The notes under the pieces were generated by a model. The model saw only the letters and a list, made by a program, of their open reading frames with translations. It was not told the origin of the DNA and ran no database searches. Position numbers and translations under genes: made by a program. A DNA stretch of 20,531 nucleotides from an uncultured archaeon (GTDB lineage: Archaea > Asgardarchaeota > Heimdallarchaeia > Heimdallarchaeales > Heimdallarchaeaceae). Positions 1 through 8,592 of this stretch are shown here, piece after piece. Location: the NCBI GenBank assembly GCA_964534625.1, contig CAZHRF010000035.1:13578-34108 (forward strand). The letters are read 5' to 3'. Within the stretch, counting starts at the first letter, position 1, and the number at the start of each line of letters is the position of its first letter.

Positions 1-85
1 TAGCTGTTTGCTCTTGTTCTTCTTCTACTATAGCTGTTTGCTCTTGTTCTTCTTCTACTATAGCTGTTTGCTCTTGTTCTTCTTC
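1..85. repeat. Perfect intragenic 30-bp tandem repeat, at least 2.8 copies, encoding IVEEEQEQTA on the minus strand
   Basis: TAGCTGTTTGCTCTTGTTCTTCTTCTACTA at 1-30 and 31-60, plus a 25-nt partial copy at 61-85. Cut by the window start. Confidence 0.97.
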
Positions 86-1444
86 AGCAAATATTTCTTC
101 TGGTTCAATTTCTATAACAGATTCCTTTGAGGGATCTAAATCTACAGGTACTTCAGTTTCTTCTTTAGACTGCTTATCTATAATGTCTTGTACATCTAAT
201 ATTTCCGATGAAGAAATAACTCGATTAGGGTCATATAGTAATATTAAATCTATCGTTTGTTTGTCAATTAATTCATTAATATTCTGACTCAAGAAGATAT
301 ATTTGTACTCTCCATAATAATACTCTTTATTCAAATATTTTTGGTCTAAGCCTTCCTTAATAGAGAATTTTTGGGGGAGAGCAATAGACAGTTTAATTTG
401 ACAATCATCACAAATATTTTCACTCATTCCAAGTAGTTCATTATTTGAACAAGTAGAACAAACTTTACCTGCTAGATCAAATACTGTTCTAAACAGATTG
501 TCATCAATTTTTTCGAGAAATAATGGAAAAAGATATTTTGTAACAGTTGTTTCTGCTTGATCAAACTCAGCTTTTATAGCAAAATCAACTTTCTGTAGTT
601 TATAAGTAAACTCAAGTCTATGATTAGGAAATAGTTGTTCCAAAGTCCAGATAACATCTAGCTTGTTTTGTTCAAAATCGAAACTTGAGGGTTGAAAGAA
701 TGAGATTAAATTATTTTCTTCATCATATAGTTTTCCTACTATAAAACAAGGTTTGTACTGAAGAGAAATTGTATCAACAATTTTCACTTCAGTTAATTCA
801 ATGGTTGTTTCATTTTTAAACTCAGATTTAACACCATACAGTCCGGGTTCTTCTATATTATGTTCAACTTTTGGTGTCTGATTAAAATTCTGTTTTACAC
901 CATTTATTTCATAATTAATTGTTGATTCTAGTGGCTTTCTTTCTACCACTTTATCGGGTAAAATAGAGGCGGTTTCTTCTATAATATATTCTTCTTCGTA
1001 CGGAGTGCCTATAATCTGTTGATTTTCCTTGTATATTGTATCATAATCTAATTGAAGATCCTCTTCATCAAATTCTATAGCATCTGTAAAGGCTTTATCA
1101 GCAATACCCATTTTTTTAACTTTTACTTTAATTTTATCTTGAGTTTCGCCACGTAAACATTTCAAAACCTTTTTTGCAGTAATTTTTTTATCAAATTGTG
1201 TGTCTTCAAAATATTCTTGCATCCAGTTTGCTAACCTGCGATCAAAAACAGAAATCTCAAATCCTTCTGCAACACGTTTAATGATTCTGGTACATTCACA
1301 GAGATTATTAACTTCAAAAGAATTTTCAAGGCCAGAACGAGTGTTACGGAAACTAGTTTCAAATTTTGATAGATCTGGAAAAGTATCTATGGCAATTTGC
1401 CAAGTGAGAGTGCCCCAAAATTTTTCATATTTAGAGTTGCCCAT
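1..1444 (-). CDS. Large acidic hypothetical protein (>481 aa, runs off the window), with a probable Ig-like/DUF11-type beta domain, a CxxC-x12-CxxC motif and a C-terminal 10-aa tandem repeat
   Basis: Translated by hand from ATG at 1444 (MGNSKYEKFWGTLTWQ...) with no stop before position 1. Absent from the ORF track because it lacks a stop. Contains KNETTIELTEVKIVDTI...VIWTLEQLFPNHRLEFTYKL, then VCSTCSNNELLGMSENICDDC, and ends in (IVEEEQEQTA)n. Confidence 0.85.
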   Translation of the reverse strand, partial: MGNSKYEKFWGTLTWQIAIDTFPDLSKFETSFRNTRSGLENSFEVNNLCECTRIIKRVAEGFEISVFDRRLANWMQEYFEDTQFDKKITAKKVLKCLRGETQDKIKVKVKKMGIADKAFTDAIEFDEEDLQLDYDTIYKENQQIIGTPYEEEYIIEETASILPDKVVERKPLESTINYEINGVKQNFNQTPKVEHNIEEPGLYGVKSEFKNETTIELTEVKIVDTISLQYKPCFIVGKLYDEENNLISFFQPSSFDFEQNKLDVIWTLEQLFPNHRLEFTYKLQKVDFAIKAEFDQAETTVTKYLFPLFLEKIDDNLFRTVFDLAGKVCSTCSNNELLGMSENICDDCQIKLSIALPQKFSIKEGLDQKYLNKEYYYGEYKYIFLSQNINELIDKQTIDLILLYDPNRVISSSEILDVQDIIDKQSKEETEVPVDLDPSKESVIEIEPEEIFAEEEQEQTAIVEEEQEQTAIVEEEQEQTA

Positions 1445-1505
1445 TGAATATCAGACATAATAATGTGATACCTATTATTAATGTTTTTACTTAATTGTGG
1501 AAACT

Positions 1506-1859
1506 TTAGTCGAAATATTCTTGAAGATTTGTAGGACCAATTCTTGTTGCTTCAAACTTCATGAGTAGCTGTTTGGCTATATTTACTAAAACTTGTTTTA
1601 CTCTCGAAGTCTTTTCTATGTCAGTTAAAGGATGAATTCTAATTACAATTCCGTCGTCTCGATTATTGATTATGGTGAAAAAAGATTGTTTTTCTTTTTT
1701 TTGAATAGCTAGTGATTCTACTAGTAGTGAATCGTTGCTCTCTGAAATATATGTTATTGATGTTTTTACTATACCGTCATCAAATTTTACAAAAACAGGT
1801 TCTAATTCTTCGAATGCCTTTTTTGCATCTATTTGCCCTTGAAGTACTACATGTGGCAT
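1506..1859 (-). CDS. Hypothetical protein (117 aa, alpha/beta pattern)
   Basis: ATG start, typical composition, co-directional with flanking genes. No motif recognised. Confidence 0.8.
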   Translation of the reverse strand: MPHVVLQGQIDAKKAFEELEPVFVKFDDGIVKTSITYISESNDSLLVESLAIQKKEKQSFFTIINNRDDGIVIRIHPLTDIEKTSRVKQVLVNIAKQLLMKFEATRIGPTNLQEYFD

Positions 1860-1896
1860 ATTTTATTCACTTAGGGTTTATTATTTTTCCTTTTCA

Positions 1897-2319
1897 TTAA
1901 TCTTTCTCTGAATCAAATTTTAGTGAAATAGAATTTATACAATATCTTAACCCAGTCGTTTCTTTAGGACCATCGTTGAACACATGACCTAAATGACCTC
2001 CACAGTTTTTGCAAATAATTTCCTCCCTAATCATACCATGTGATTTATCTACTTTTTTTACGATATTTTTTTCATCAATAGGTTGATCAAAGCTAGGCCA
2101 GCCACATCCTGAATCAAATTTGGCATCAGAATCGAATAGAGGTGTATCACAACCTGCACATTTGTACACTCCTTCTTCTTTATGAAGATAATAATTTCCA
2201 CTAAAAGGTCCTTCTGTTCCTTTTAATCTTAAAACTCTAAACTGTTCTTCACTAAGAATATCTTTCCATTCTTTTTCCGAACGTTGATATTTGCTATTTG
2301 ATTGCTCATTTTCTTTCAT
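1897..2319 (-). CDS. msrB: Peptide-methionine (R)-S-oxide reductase MsrB, Zn-binding type
   Basis: Motifs GTEGPF, CAGC and CKNC (Zn), [18 protein letters not shown] and catalytic RYCINS. Confidence 0.97.
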   Translation of the reverse strand: MKENEQSNSKYQRSEKEWKDILSEEQFRVLRLKGTEGPFSGNYYLHKEEGVYKCAGCDTPLFDSDAKFDSGCGWPSFDQPIDEKNIVKKVDKSHGMIREEIICKNCGGHLGHVFNDGPKETTGLRYCINSISLKFDSEKD

Positions 2320-2411
2320 ACATGTAAATAAAAGATATCATATAAAATAAAGCTAGGTTTATTACAAAAAAACAAGGAAAAATCGAAAAAAAGAGATCGA
2401 AAAGGAATATT

Positions 2412-3722
2412 CTACCTCAATATTTCTAAATGTTGATAAAGTGGAAATTCTTTAGTTAATTCTGCTATATCTCTTTTTACTTCTTGTATTGCCTTTGAAT
2501 CGCCTTTCGCTTTTATTATTTTAGTTATTCCTTCAGCTATTATGGCCATCTCATTTTCTTTCATGCCTCTGGTAGTTACAGCTGGTGTGCCTATTCTTAT
2601 TCCTGATGGATTAAATGGACTTACTGGTTCATAAGGAACTGTATTTTTGTTTGTTGTTATATTTGCTTCATCTAAGGCATTTTGTATCATTTTTCCTTTA
2701 CCCGCTAGATTTTCGGGTCTTAAATCAATGATCATGAGATGATTATCTGTTCCATTTGATACTATTTTTATATCACGATCCATAAGTGCTTCAGATAATG
2801 CTTTGGCATTCTTAACTATCTGTTTGGCATATTCTTTGAACTCAGGTTGCATGGCAAGTTGAAAAGCAGTAGCTTTTGCAGCTGTCATATGATCATGGGG
2901 GCCACCTTGTAACCCTGGGAATACGGCTGAATCTATCAATTTCGCAAGATTCTTTTTTGTATTAGGATGATAAAGATCATGTAAACGATCTTCTTCTTTG
3001 CACATTATAATAGCTCCTCTTGGTCCTCTAAGACTTTTATGGGTTGTAGTCATAACAACATCTGCATAAGTAACAGGTGATGGATGAACTCCTCCCACTA
3101 CCAATCCTGCGATGTGGGAAATATCAGCGAGATGATACGCATCAACATCTTCAGCTATATCTTGAAAGGCTTTAAAATCAATTATACGTGAATAAGCAGT
3201 TAAACCTGAGATGATCATCTTTGGTTTTTCTTTTTTGGCTAAATCGTGAATAACACCCATATCTAGCCTTTCAGTTTCTTTATCGACGTTATAACTAATA
3301 CAGGTATAGTTTTTTCCACTAAAGTTTACATGGGAGCCATGTGTAAGATGACCCCCTGCATTTAAATCAAATCCAAGGAATTTATCTTTTAAGTCTAAAA
3401 GAGCAAAAAAGACCGCTTGGTTAGCAGGGGAACCAGAATAAGGTTGAACATTGACATGCTCACAACCAAAAAGCCTTTTTGCACGGTCAATGGCTATTAG
3501 TTCTATTTCATCAACTATATCATTACCCCCATAATAACGTTTTTCAGGGTATCCTTCACTATATTTGTTGGTAAAAACACTTCCAACACCTTGTAATATC
3601 GCTTTGGTCGTATAGTTCTCACTGGGAATTAATTCAATTCCTTCTTGTTGTCGTTTCAATTCTCTTAAAATAGCATCAGCAATAGCTGGGTCAACATCTC
3701 TTAAATCGTTCATTAATGTCAT
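2412..3722 (-). CDS. glyA: Serine hydroxymethyltransferase, bacterial type
   Basis: Motifs LIPSENY, NKYSEGYPEKRYYGG, NVQPYSGSPAN, GGHLTHG, PLP-lysine TTTHKSLRGPRG, AVFPGLQGGP and SGIRIGTPAVTTRG. Confidence 0.98.
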   Translation of the reverse strand: MTLMNDLRDVDPAIADAILRELKRQQEGIELIPSENYTTKAILQGVGSVFTNKYSEGYPEKRYYGGNDIVDEIELIAIDRAKRLFGCEHVNVQPYSGSPANQAVFFALLDLKDKFLGFDLNAGGHLTHGSHVNFSGKNYTCISYNVDKETERLDMGVIHDLAKKEKPKMIISGLTAYSRIIDFKAFQDIAEDVDAYHLADISHIAGLVVGGVHPSPVTYADVVMTTTHKSLRGPRGAIIMCKEEDRLHDLYHPNTKKNLAKLIDSAVFPGLQGGPHDHMTAAKATAFQLAMQPEFKEYAKQIVKNAKALSEALMDRDIKIVSNGTDNHLMIIDLRPENLAGKGKMIQNALDEANITTNKNTVPYEPVSPFNPSGIRIGTPAVTTRGMKENEMAIIAEGITKIIKAKGDSKAIQEVKRDIAELTKEFPLYQHLEILR

Positions 3723-3849
3723 AAACCTTAACCATAGAATACTTCTCTTTTTATACTTTAAATTTATCCATTTGATGATTTTTTACATTTATGAAGCAAC
3801 AAACCATCTGCACATACAGCATAGTATTTAACCTCTAAAGGTTTATTCG

Positions 3850-3884
3850 TAAAATTAAAAAATAGTAAGGGAAATTTCCCTTTT
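3850..3884 (-). terminator. Probable terminator of the cold-shock gene: 16-bp palindrome followed by a U-rich tract
   Basis: AAGGGAAATTTCCCTT at 3867-3882 is self-complementary. On the minus strand it lies about 45 nt after the csp stop and is followed by ACUAUUUUUUAAUUUU. Confidence 0.55.
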
Positions 3885-3925
3885 ATAAATTTGAAACTTT
3901 TTGTTTTATTAAGATATAAAAAATA

Positions 3926-4171
3926 TTATATTCCAAAGCCTAACTCACTAGGTTCAGCTTCTACTTTTTCAATAATCTCAACGCCAACAGCTTGTGGTCC
4001 TTTTTCTGTCTCTTCGATTTCGAACTCAACGATATCGCCTTCGCGCAATTCATTGAATTTGACAGCATCAAGTTGACTAAGGTGGAAGAAAATATCTTCT
4101 TCTTCTTCATCGTCAGCATTGATAAAACCATAACCGCGATGGGTAATGAGTTTTTTGATTTTTCCTTGCAT
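3926..4171 (-). CDS. Cold-shock domain protein (CspA family, 81 aa) with acidic C-terminal tail
   Basis: RNP1 RGYGFI, RNP2 IFFH, and LREGDIVEFEIEETEKGPQAVGV. Start moved from GTG 4198 to ATG 4171 (MQGKIKK) because GGAGGT lies 6 nt upstream and MQGK matches the usual CSD N-terminus. Confidence 0.93.
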   Translation of the reverse strand: MQGKIKKLITHRGYGFINADDEEEEDIFFHLSQLDAVKFNELREGDIVEFEIEETEKGPQAVGVEIIEKVEAEPSELGFGI

Positions 4172-4317
4172 GAGCTTACCTCCATTTAAGTTTTTCACAG
4201 TTTAGTTTTTCAAGGCGTGATACTCCTTGAGGTAAGAATAAATCTACCAGTTAAATCGCTAAAATGAGCAACTCATTTAGTTTGATTCAAGATAGTTGTC
4301 TAGAGGGGCTTTATAAG
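4172..4317 (-). promoter_or_regulatory. Putative csp promoter and long structured 5' leader
   Basis: TATA-like CTTATAAA at 4317-4310, stem-loops at 4259-4280 and 4210-4230, and SD GGAGGT at 4183-4178. The transcription start is inferred, not observed. Confidence 0.5.
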
Positions 4318-4471
4318 TACTCTGGTAGTTAGAATGGATAAGACAAACAAATAAAGAATATGGTAGATAGAACGTAAATTGGACGATCGAATCTTTTATG
4401 GTATATCTAATCGGAGATCGAAGTTGATTTTTTCATAAATAAATATATAAACAAACATTGGTACTTATTTT

Positions 4472-6316
4472 GTGAAGTATATGTCTAAAAAAAACGAAAT
4501 GAAAAGAACTAAGAAAAGCATTTTATGTGTGCTACTAATTTTAGCCCTTGTTTTATTTAATTTAACTATTATAGAAGGATTATTCTATCAATCAACAGAT
4601 ACTAATGAAGAATCTTTTATGGTTCCTATGCGAGATGGCATAAATCTAGCTACGGATGTCTATTTTCCAATTACTTACAAAGAAGGTTCAACATTCTCAA
4701 CTATTTTAATTCGAACACCATATAACAAGAATCATTTAAGTACTTACACACCTTATTTGACGGGAACAAGTTATATAGTTGTTGTACAAGATACTCGGGG
4801 TAGATTTTCTTCTGAAGGAATTGATACGATCTTTATGAATGCTTCAATAGATGGGTATGATACGATTGAATGGATTAAGAATCAGCCATGGTCAAATGGA
4901 AAAATAGGCACTTTTGGACCCTCAGCTTTGGGTATTGTTCAATTGTTTTTACAACTTTCCCAGCCAGAAGGACTTGAAGCCCAGTTCATTCAAGTTGCTA
5001 CACCCGATTTTTATACGACTGTATATCAAGGTGGGGCTTTTAGACAATCATTAATTCAAGGTTGGCTACAATCTCAAGGCAGTACATTTTGGTTGCCTAC
5101 CATTTATCAACATGAAACGTACTCAGATTTTTGGAAAAACGTTACTTTAACAGGCAAATATAATAAAGTTGTTAGTCCCGCTGTGTTCCAAGGAGGGTGG
5201 TACGACTGTTTTAGTCAAGGAACACTCGATAGTTTTATGGGGTACCAATATGATTCGCCAACTGAGTTAACTAATAAATCCCATTTGATTATGGGACCGT
5301 GGGGGCATGGTACAAATTATGAAACTCAACTGGGTGAGATTAACTTCCCTTCTAATGCTATAGATGTGTACACGATGGCTCTTTATGAGGATTTCTTTGG
5401 TCACTATCTAAATAATGAACAGCTAGTCAATCATCCAAAAGTGAGATATTATTGTATGGGACCTGAAGGGAGTAATAAAATTGGAAATTTCTGGCGAACA
5501 TCTGAAATTTGGCCGATTCCTGCGGAAAATACTTCTTATTATCTACATTCAGATTACACTATTTCAACAACCGTTCCATCAGAACCAGAAAGTTATACAT
5601 CTTACATTTATGACCCTAAAAATCCTGTTAATACTCGAGGAGGAAGCAATCTTAATATTCCATCTGGACCGTATGATCAAAAAAACATAGAAAGCAGATC
5701 TGATGTGCTTATTTTCACTTCAAGCGAATTAGAAGACTATGTGGAAGTTACAGGAAGAATAAAAGCAAAACTTTGGATTTCATCAAATTGCACAGATACT
5801 GATTTCACCGTAAAAATAACTGATGTTTACCCTGATGGAAGATCAATGCTTATACAAGATGGAATAATTAGGGCAAAGAATCGTAATCATAAATCTGAAC
5901 CCGTTTTACTCACACCAGATGAAATAGTGCCTGTAGAAATAGATCTCTGGAGTACGTCTTATATCTTTAATCCTGGACATAAAATACGAATAGCTATCTC
6001 AAGCTCAAACTATCCACGATTTAGTGTTAATACTAACACTGGCGCGTCTATCTTTTCTAATAACGATACATATATAGCCAATAATACCATATATCATGAC
6101 AGTGAGCATCCATCACACATAATATTACCGATAAATACAGATGGGGATATTCCAGGAACTGAAGACACAGCTACAACGACAAATACAACCTCTAGTAACC
6201 CAAAAACAGATACTGAAACGATACCCAGTGAAACAAATTTAGGTTTAATTGGAATAATAGCAGGAATATTTGTTCCTCCGATTTGTATGGTTATAATTAG
6301 AAAAAAATATTGGTGA
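4472..6316 (+). CDS. Exported, membrane-anchored CocE/NonD-family hydrolase (peptidase S15/Xaa-Pro dipeptidyl-peptidase-like)
   Basis: Motifs VPMRDGINLATDVY, RTPY, QDTRGRFSSEG, WSNGKIG, nucleophile GPSALG, GGWYD, GPWGH and a PepX_C-like domain (ISSSNYPRF). N-terminal hydrophobic signal, Thr-rich linker, C-terminal TM ending RKKYW. Start is GTG 4472 or ATG 4481/4499. Confidence 0.92.
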   Translation: MKYMSKKNEMKRTKKSILCVLLILALVLFNLTIIEGLFYQSTDTNEESFMVPMRDGINLATDVYFPITYKEGSTFSTILIRTPYNKNHLSTYTPYLTGTSYIVVVQDTRGRFSSEGIDTIFMNASIDGYDTIEWIKNQPWSNGKIGTFGPSALGIVQLFLQLSQPEGLEAQFIQVATPDFYTTVYQGGAFRQSLIQGWLQSQGSTFWLPTIYQHETYSDFWKNVTLTGKYNKVVSPAVFQGGWYDCFSQGTLDSFMGYQYDSPTELTNKSHLIMGPWGHGTNYETQLGEINFPSNAIDVYTMALYEDFFGHYLNNEQLVNHPKVRYYCMGPEGSNKIGNFWRTSEIWPIPAENTSYYLHSDYTISTTVPSEPESYTSYIYDPKNPVNTRGGSNLNIPSGPYDQKNIESRSDVLIFTSSELEDYVEVTGRIKAKLWISSNCTDTDFTVKITDVYPDGRSMLIQDGIIRAKNRNHKSEPVLLTPDEIVPVEIDLWSTSYIFNPGHKIRIAISSSNYPRFSVNTNTGASIFSNNDTYIANNTIYHDSEHPSHIILPINTDGDIPGTEDTATTTNTTSSNPKTDTETIPSETNLGLIGIIAGIFVPPICMVIIRKKYW

Positions 6317-6350
6317 AGACGAGATTAGTCGTTTCTTTTTTTTGTTTTTT
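6316..6350 (+). terminator. Short hairpin plus oligo-T terminator after the CocE gene
   Basis: GACGA-GATTAG-TCGTT followed by TCTTTTTTTGTTTTTT directly after the stop. Confidence 0.55.
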
Positions 6351-6427
6351 GAGAAAGCAAATTGACATTAAACTGGTTCTAAAATGAAAAGTATAAAAAC
6401 CATTAACAAATATATCGTTTGGTCATT

Positions 6428-7372
6428 ATGTGTGTTTTTAATATTAAGAAAATAGGTACGGTTAGAAGTCAATTTGCAGAACCTGCTGATCCTTTTATAA
6501 TGCGTGAGTATGAAAGTGAGATAATCATCGACGCTCGGTATAAAGAAGGATTATACAAACTAGATGATAGCGAATATATTCAGGTTGTTTTTAATTTTCA
6601 CTTGAACAACGATTATTCTCTTCAGACACGTACATATAGTTCAAAAATCAAGGGTGTTTTTGCTTCAAGGAGCCCTCATAGACCTAGTTCTATTGGTGTT
6701 ACAACTGTTAAAGTGCTAGAAATTAATGATAACGTTTTAAAAGTGAAAGGACTTGATGCAATAGATGGATCACCTGTTTTGGATATCAAACCTTATGCGC
6801 GCTCCATGGATGAAAAGGAAATAGCTAAGGTAGATAGGCAAAAGATGAAACAAAGCCCCCGATGGGAAATGACAAAGCTAATTCGAACAGAAAATTTAGA
6901 AGAATTACTGTTAAAGATAGGCGAATTACATGGGCATTATTGTGTAGGGTTGGCATTAGGAGTAATCGCAGGACAGAAACTAATGATGCAGATGACAAAA
7001 ATAACACGAGAAACAGATAATCTTACAGCTATAGTAGAAGTAAAGAACTGTTTTGTCGATGGGATCCAGTATGTTACAAGCTGTACGGTTGGCAAGAACA
7101 ATTTAAAGATAGAAGACAAGTTTAACAATATGGCTTGTACATTAGTTCAATCAGAAACAAACATCCAATTGAGAGCCGTCTTAAAAGAAAAATATCTTGA
7201 ACTAGTTGAAACCAAGTTACCTGATGTTTATGATTTTATTAAGAATAGAATAAAACCTGAAACAGAAGAAGAAAGGGAAGAGATGAGAAAAAAATCTACC
7301 AATGCTGCTTTTGAAATTTTAGCGTTAAAAGAAGAATTATTTGAGATTAAAGAAATAAAAAAGAAACATTAG
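6428..7372 (+). CDS. Fusion of a TrmO/TsaA (YaeB)-family tRNA m6t6A37 methyltransferase-like domain and an FmdE-like metal-binding domain
   Basis: N-half GVFASRSPHRPSSIG and LKVKGLDAIDGSPVLDIKPY (TrmO_N). C-half ELHGHYCVGLALG and NCFVDGIQYVTSCTVGKNNL (FmdE). ATG 6428 preferred over TTG 6419. Confidence 0.88.
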   Translation: MCVFNIKKIGTVRSQFAEPADPFIMREYESEIIIDARYKEGLYKLDDSEYIQVVFNFHLNNDYSLQTRTYSSKIKGVFASRSPHRPSSIGVTTVKVLEINDNVLKVKGLDAIDGSPVLDIKPYARSMDEKEIAKVDRQKMKQSPRWEMTKLIRTENLEELLLKIGELHGHYCVGLALGVIAGQKLMMQMTKITRETDNLTAIVEVKNCFVDGIQYVTSCTVGKNNLKIEDKFNNMACTLVQSETNIQLRAVLKEKYLELVETKLPDVYDFIKNRIKPETEEEREEMRKKSTNAAFEILALKEELFEIKEIKKKH

Positions 7373-7400
7373 TAATAGAACGCAGAATGAATGCTAATAA

Positions 7401-8321
7401 TTATTCCAATAATTTTTGACGAATCTTTTCAGCTAACTTAAAACTATCAGTTTCTTCTTGGTCGAAAATTAGTTCAATATCTTCTGGTTTGGTAACCTCC
7501 CCTATTCCAAGCTCTACTGCTCTTTTAATCTGCTCTTGATCAAAAATATTCCCTTTTTCCACCTCAACTGTGGTTCCCAATATACGTAAAATAGCAACTC
7601 CTACAGCGTCCATAGCAACTTTATCTGTACTAGCAAGAATAACATTGGCTTCTTTCATGGTACCTTCCATTGGCCCACCATCAACAAATGTTTTAACACC
7701 GTCCATTATTAGCAGGTCTGGTTTATAAACAGCATTAATCTCTGCTATCATTTTACGTTGATCTTTTGAGCTATGAAGTTCATTCATATATGAGTTACCA
7801 TCTAAATTACGGCGAGGAACTAAACCCACTGCATTTTTAAGAGAAAGAGTGAAATGACCGCCAAATTTATGAGTCTTTAAACACATTGTTTCAACAATAC
7901 ATTCAGCGTTGTGAAATATCTTTGCAAAAAGGAAACCATTTTTCCAATGGCTTTTTTCTGGTTTAACATGCACATATCCTTCTAAAGGTAATTCGGCAAG
8001 ATTCACTATATCAACATTCAATTCTTTTGCTAATTTGTACAATTCTTTTTTTCTGAATGTTTCTTCAGTATCCGCGGGACCACTACGCTCCGCTAAGGTA
8101 ATAGACTTTGCTCCTAAATATTTGAGTTTTTCAACAAGCGCATATAGTGTTTCCATTGATGTACTCGCAGGAGGTGGATCTGCTGTATTGAAATTAGGTT
8201 TAAGAATGACTTTTTTATCTTCTACAGGATTAATCCCTAAAAGATTAATGGCTTTTTCAACCCCTTTCTTTCTGTCATTAGTTGAGACTAAAGAGACTTG
8301 TACCATACTATTCACTAACAT
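7401..8321 (-). CDS. DUF362 domain-containing protein
   Basis: Motifs VILKPNFN, CLKTH, FTLSLKN, PDLLIMDG and ILASTDKVAMDAV. No ferredoxin extension. Confidence 0.88.
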   Translation of the reverse strand: MLVNSMVQVSLVSTNDRKKGVEKAINLLGINPVEDKKVILKPNFNTADPPPASTSMETLYALVEKLKYLGAKSITLAERSGPADTEETFRKKELYKLAKELNVDIVNLAELPLEGYVHVKPEKSHWKNGFLFAKIFHNAECIVETMCLKTHKFGGHFTLSLKNAVGLVPRRNLDGNSYMNELHSSKDQRKMIAEINAVYKPDLLIMDGVKTFVDGGPMEGTMKEANVILASTDKVAMDAVGVAILRILGTTVEVEKGNIFDQEQIKRAVELGIGEVTKPEDIELIFDQEETDSFKLAEKIRQKLLE

Positions 8322-8415
8322 AAATATTTTAGTTATTTTATAAATTATCTCTTTTTACAAATCGATTGTCCGAAACGTTTTAGTAGTTTAATCAATAATT
8401 AGATAATTGATTAAA

Positions 8416-8592
8416 ATGGCTGATATACCTAAAGATATTTACTGCTTTCATTGCGGAGAAAAATTCACTAAAACAAAAACAGAAGGTTTTGAAGAATGTC
8501 CACATTGTGAGAAAGGATTTGATGATCTCAGTGAAGAATCTCAATATGCTGTTAAACAATTAATGAAAGCGTGGATTGAACATTGTAAATAA
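8416..8592 (+). CDS. Small zinc-ribbon protein (58 aa)
   Basis: CFHCG-x13-CPHCE followed by an amphipathic helix. ATG 8416 is in frame with the track's TTG 8407. Divergent from DUF362. Confidence 0.8.
   Translation: MADIPKDIYCFHCGEKFTKTKTEGFEECPHCEKGFDDLSEESQYAVKQLMKAWIEHCK

Noticed and set aside
1427-1444. MGNSKY as an N-myristoylation signal
   Set aside because: It lacks Ser/Thr at position 6, and there is no evidence for an N-myristoyltransferase.
3869-3880. GGGAAATTTCCC resembles an NF-kB site
   Set aside because: Coincidental in a prokaryote; better explained as a terminator hairpin or operator.
4486-4494. Poly-A run near the CocE 5' end (and similar runs in DUF1295 and the peptidase) as phase-variation tracts
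   Set aside because: A7-A9 runs encoding Lys are common in AT-rich DNA and in signal-peptide n-regions, unlike the (CA)8 tract.
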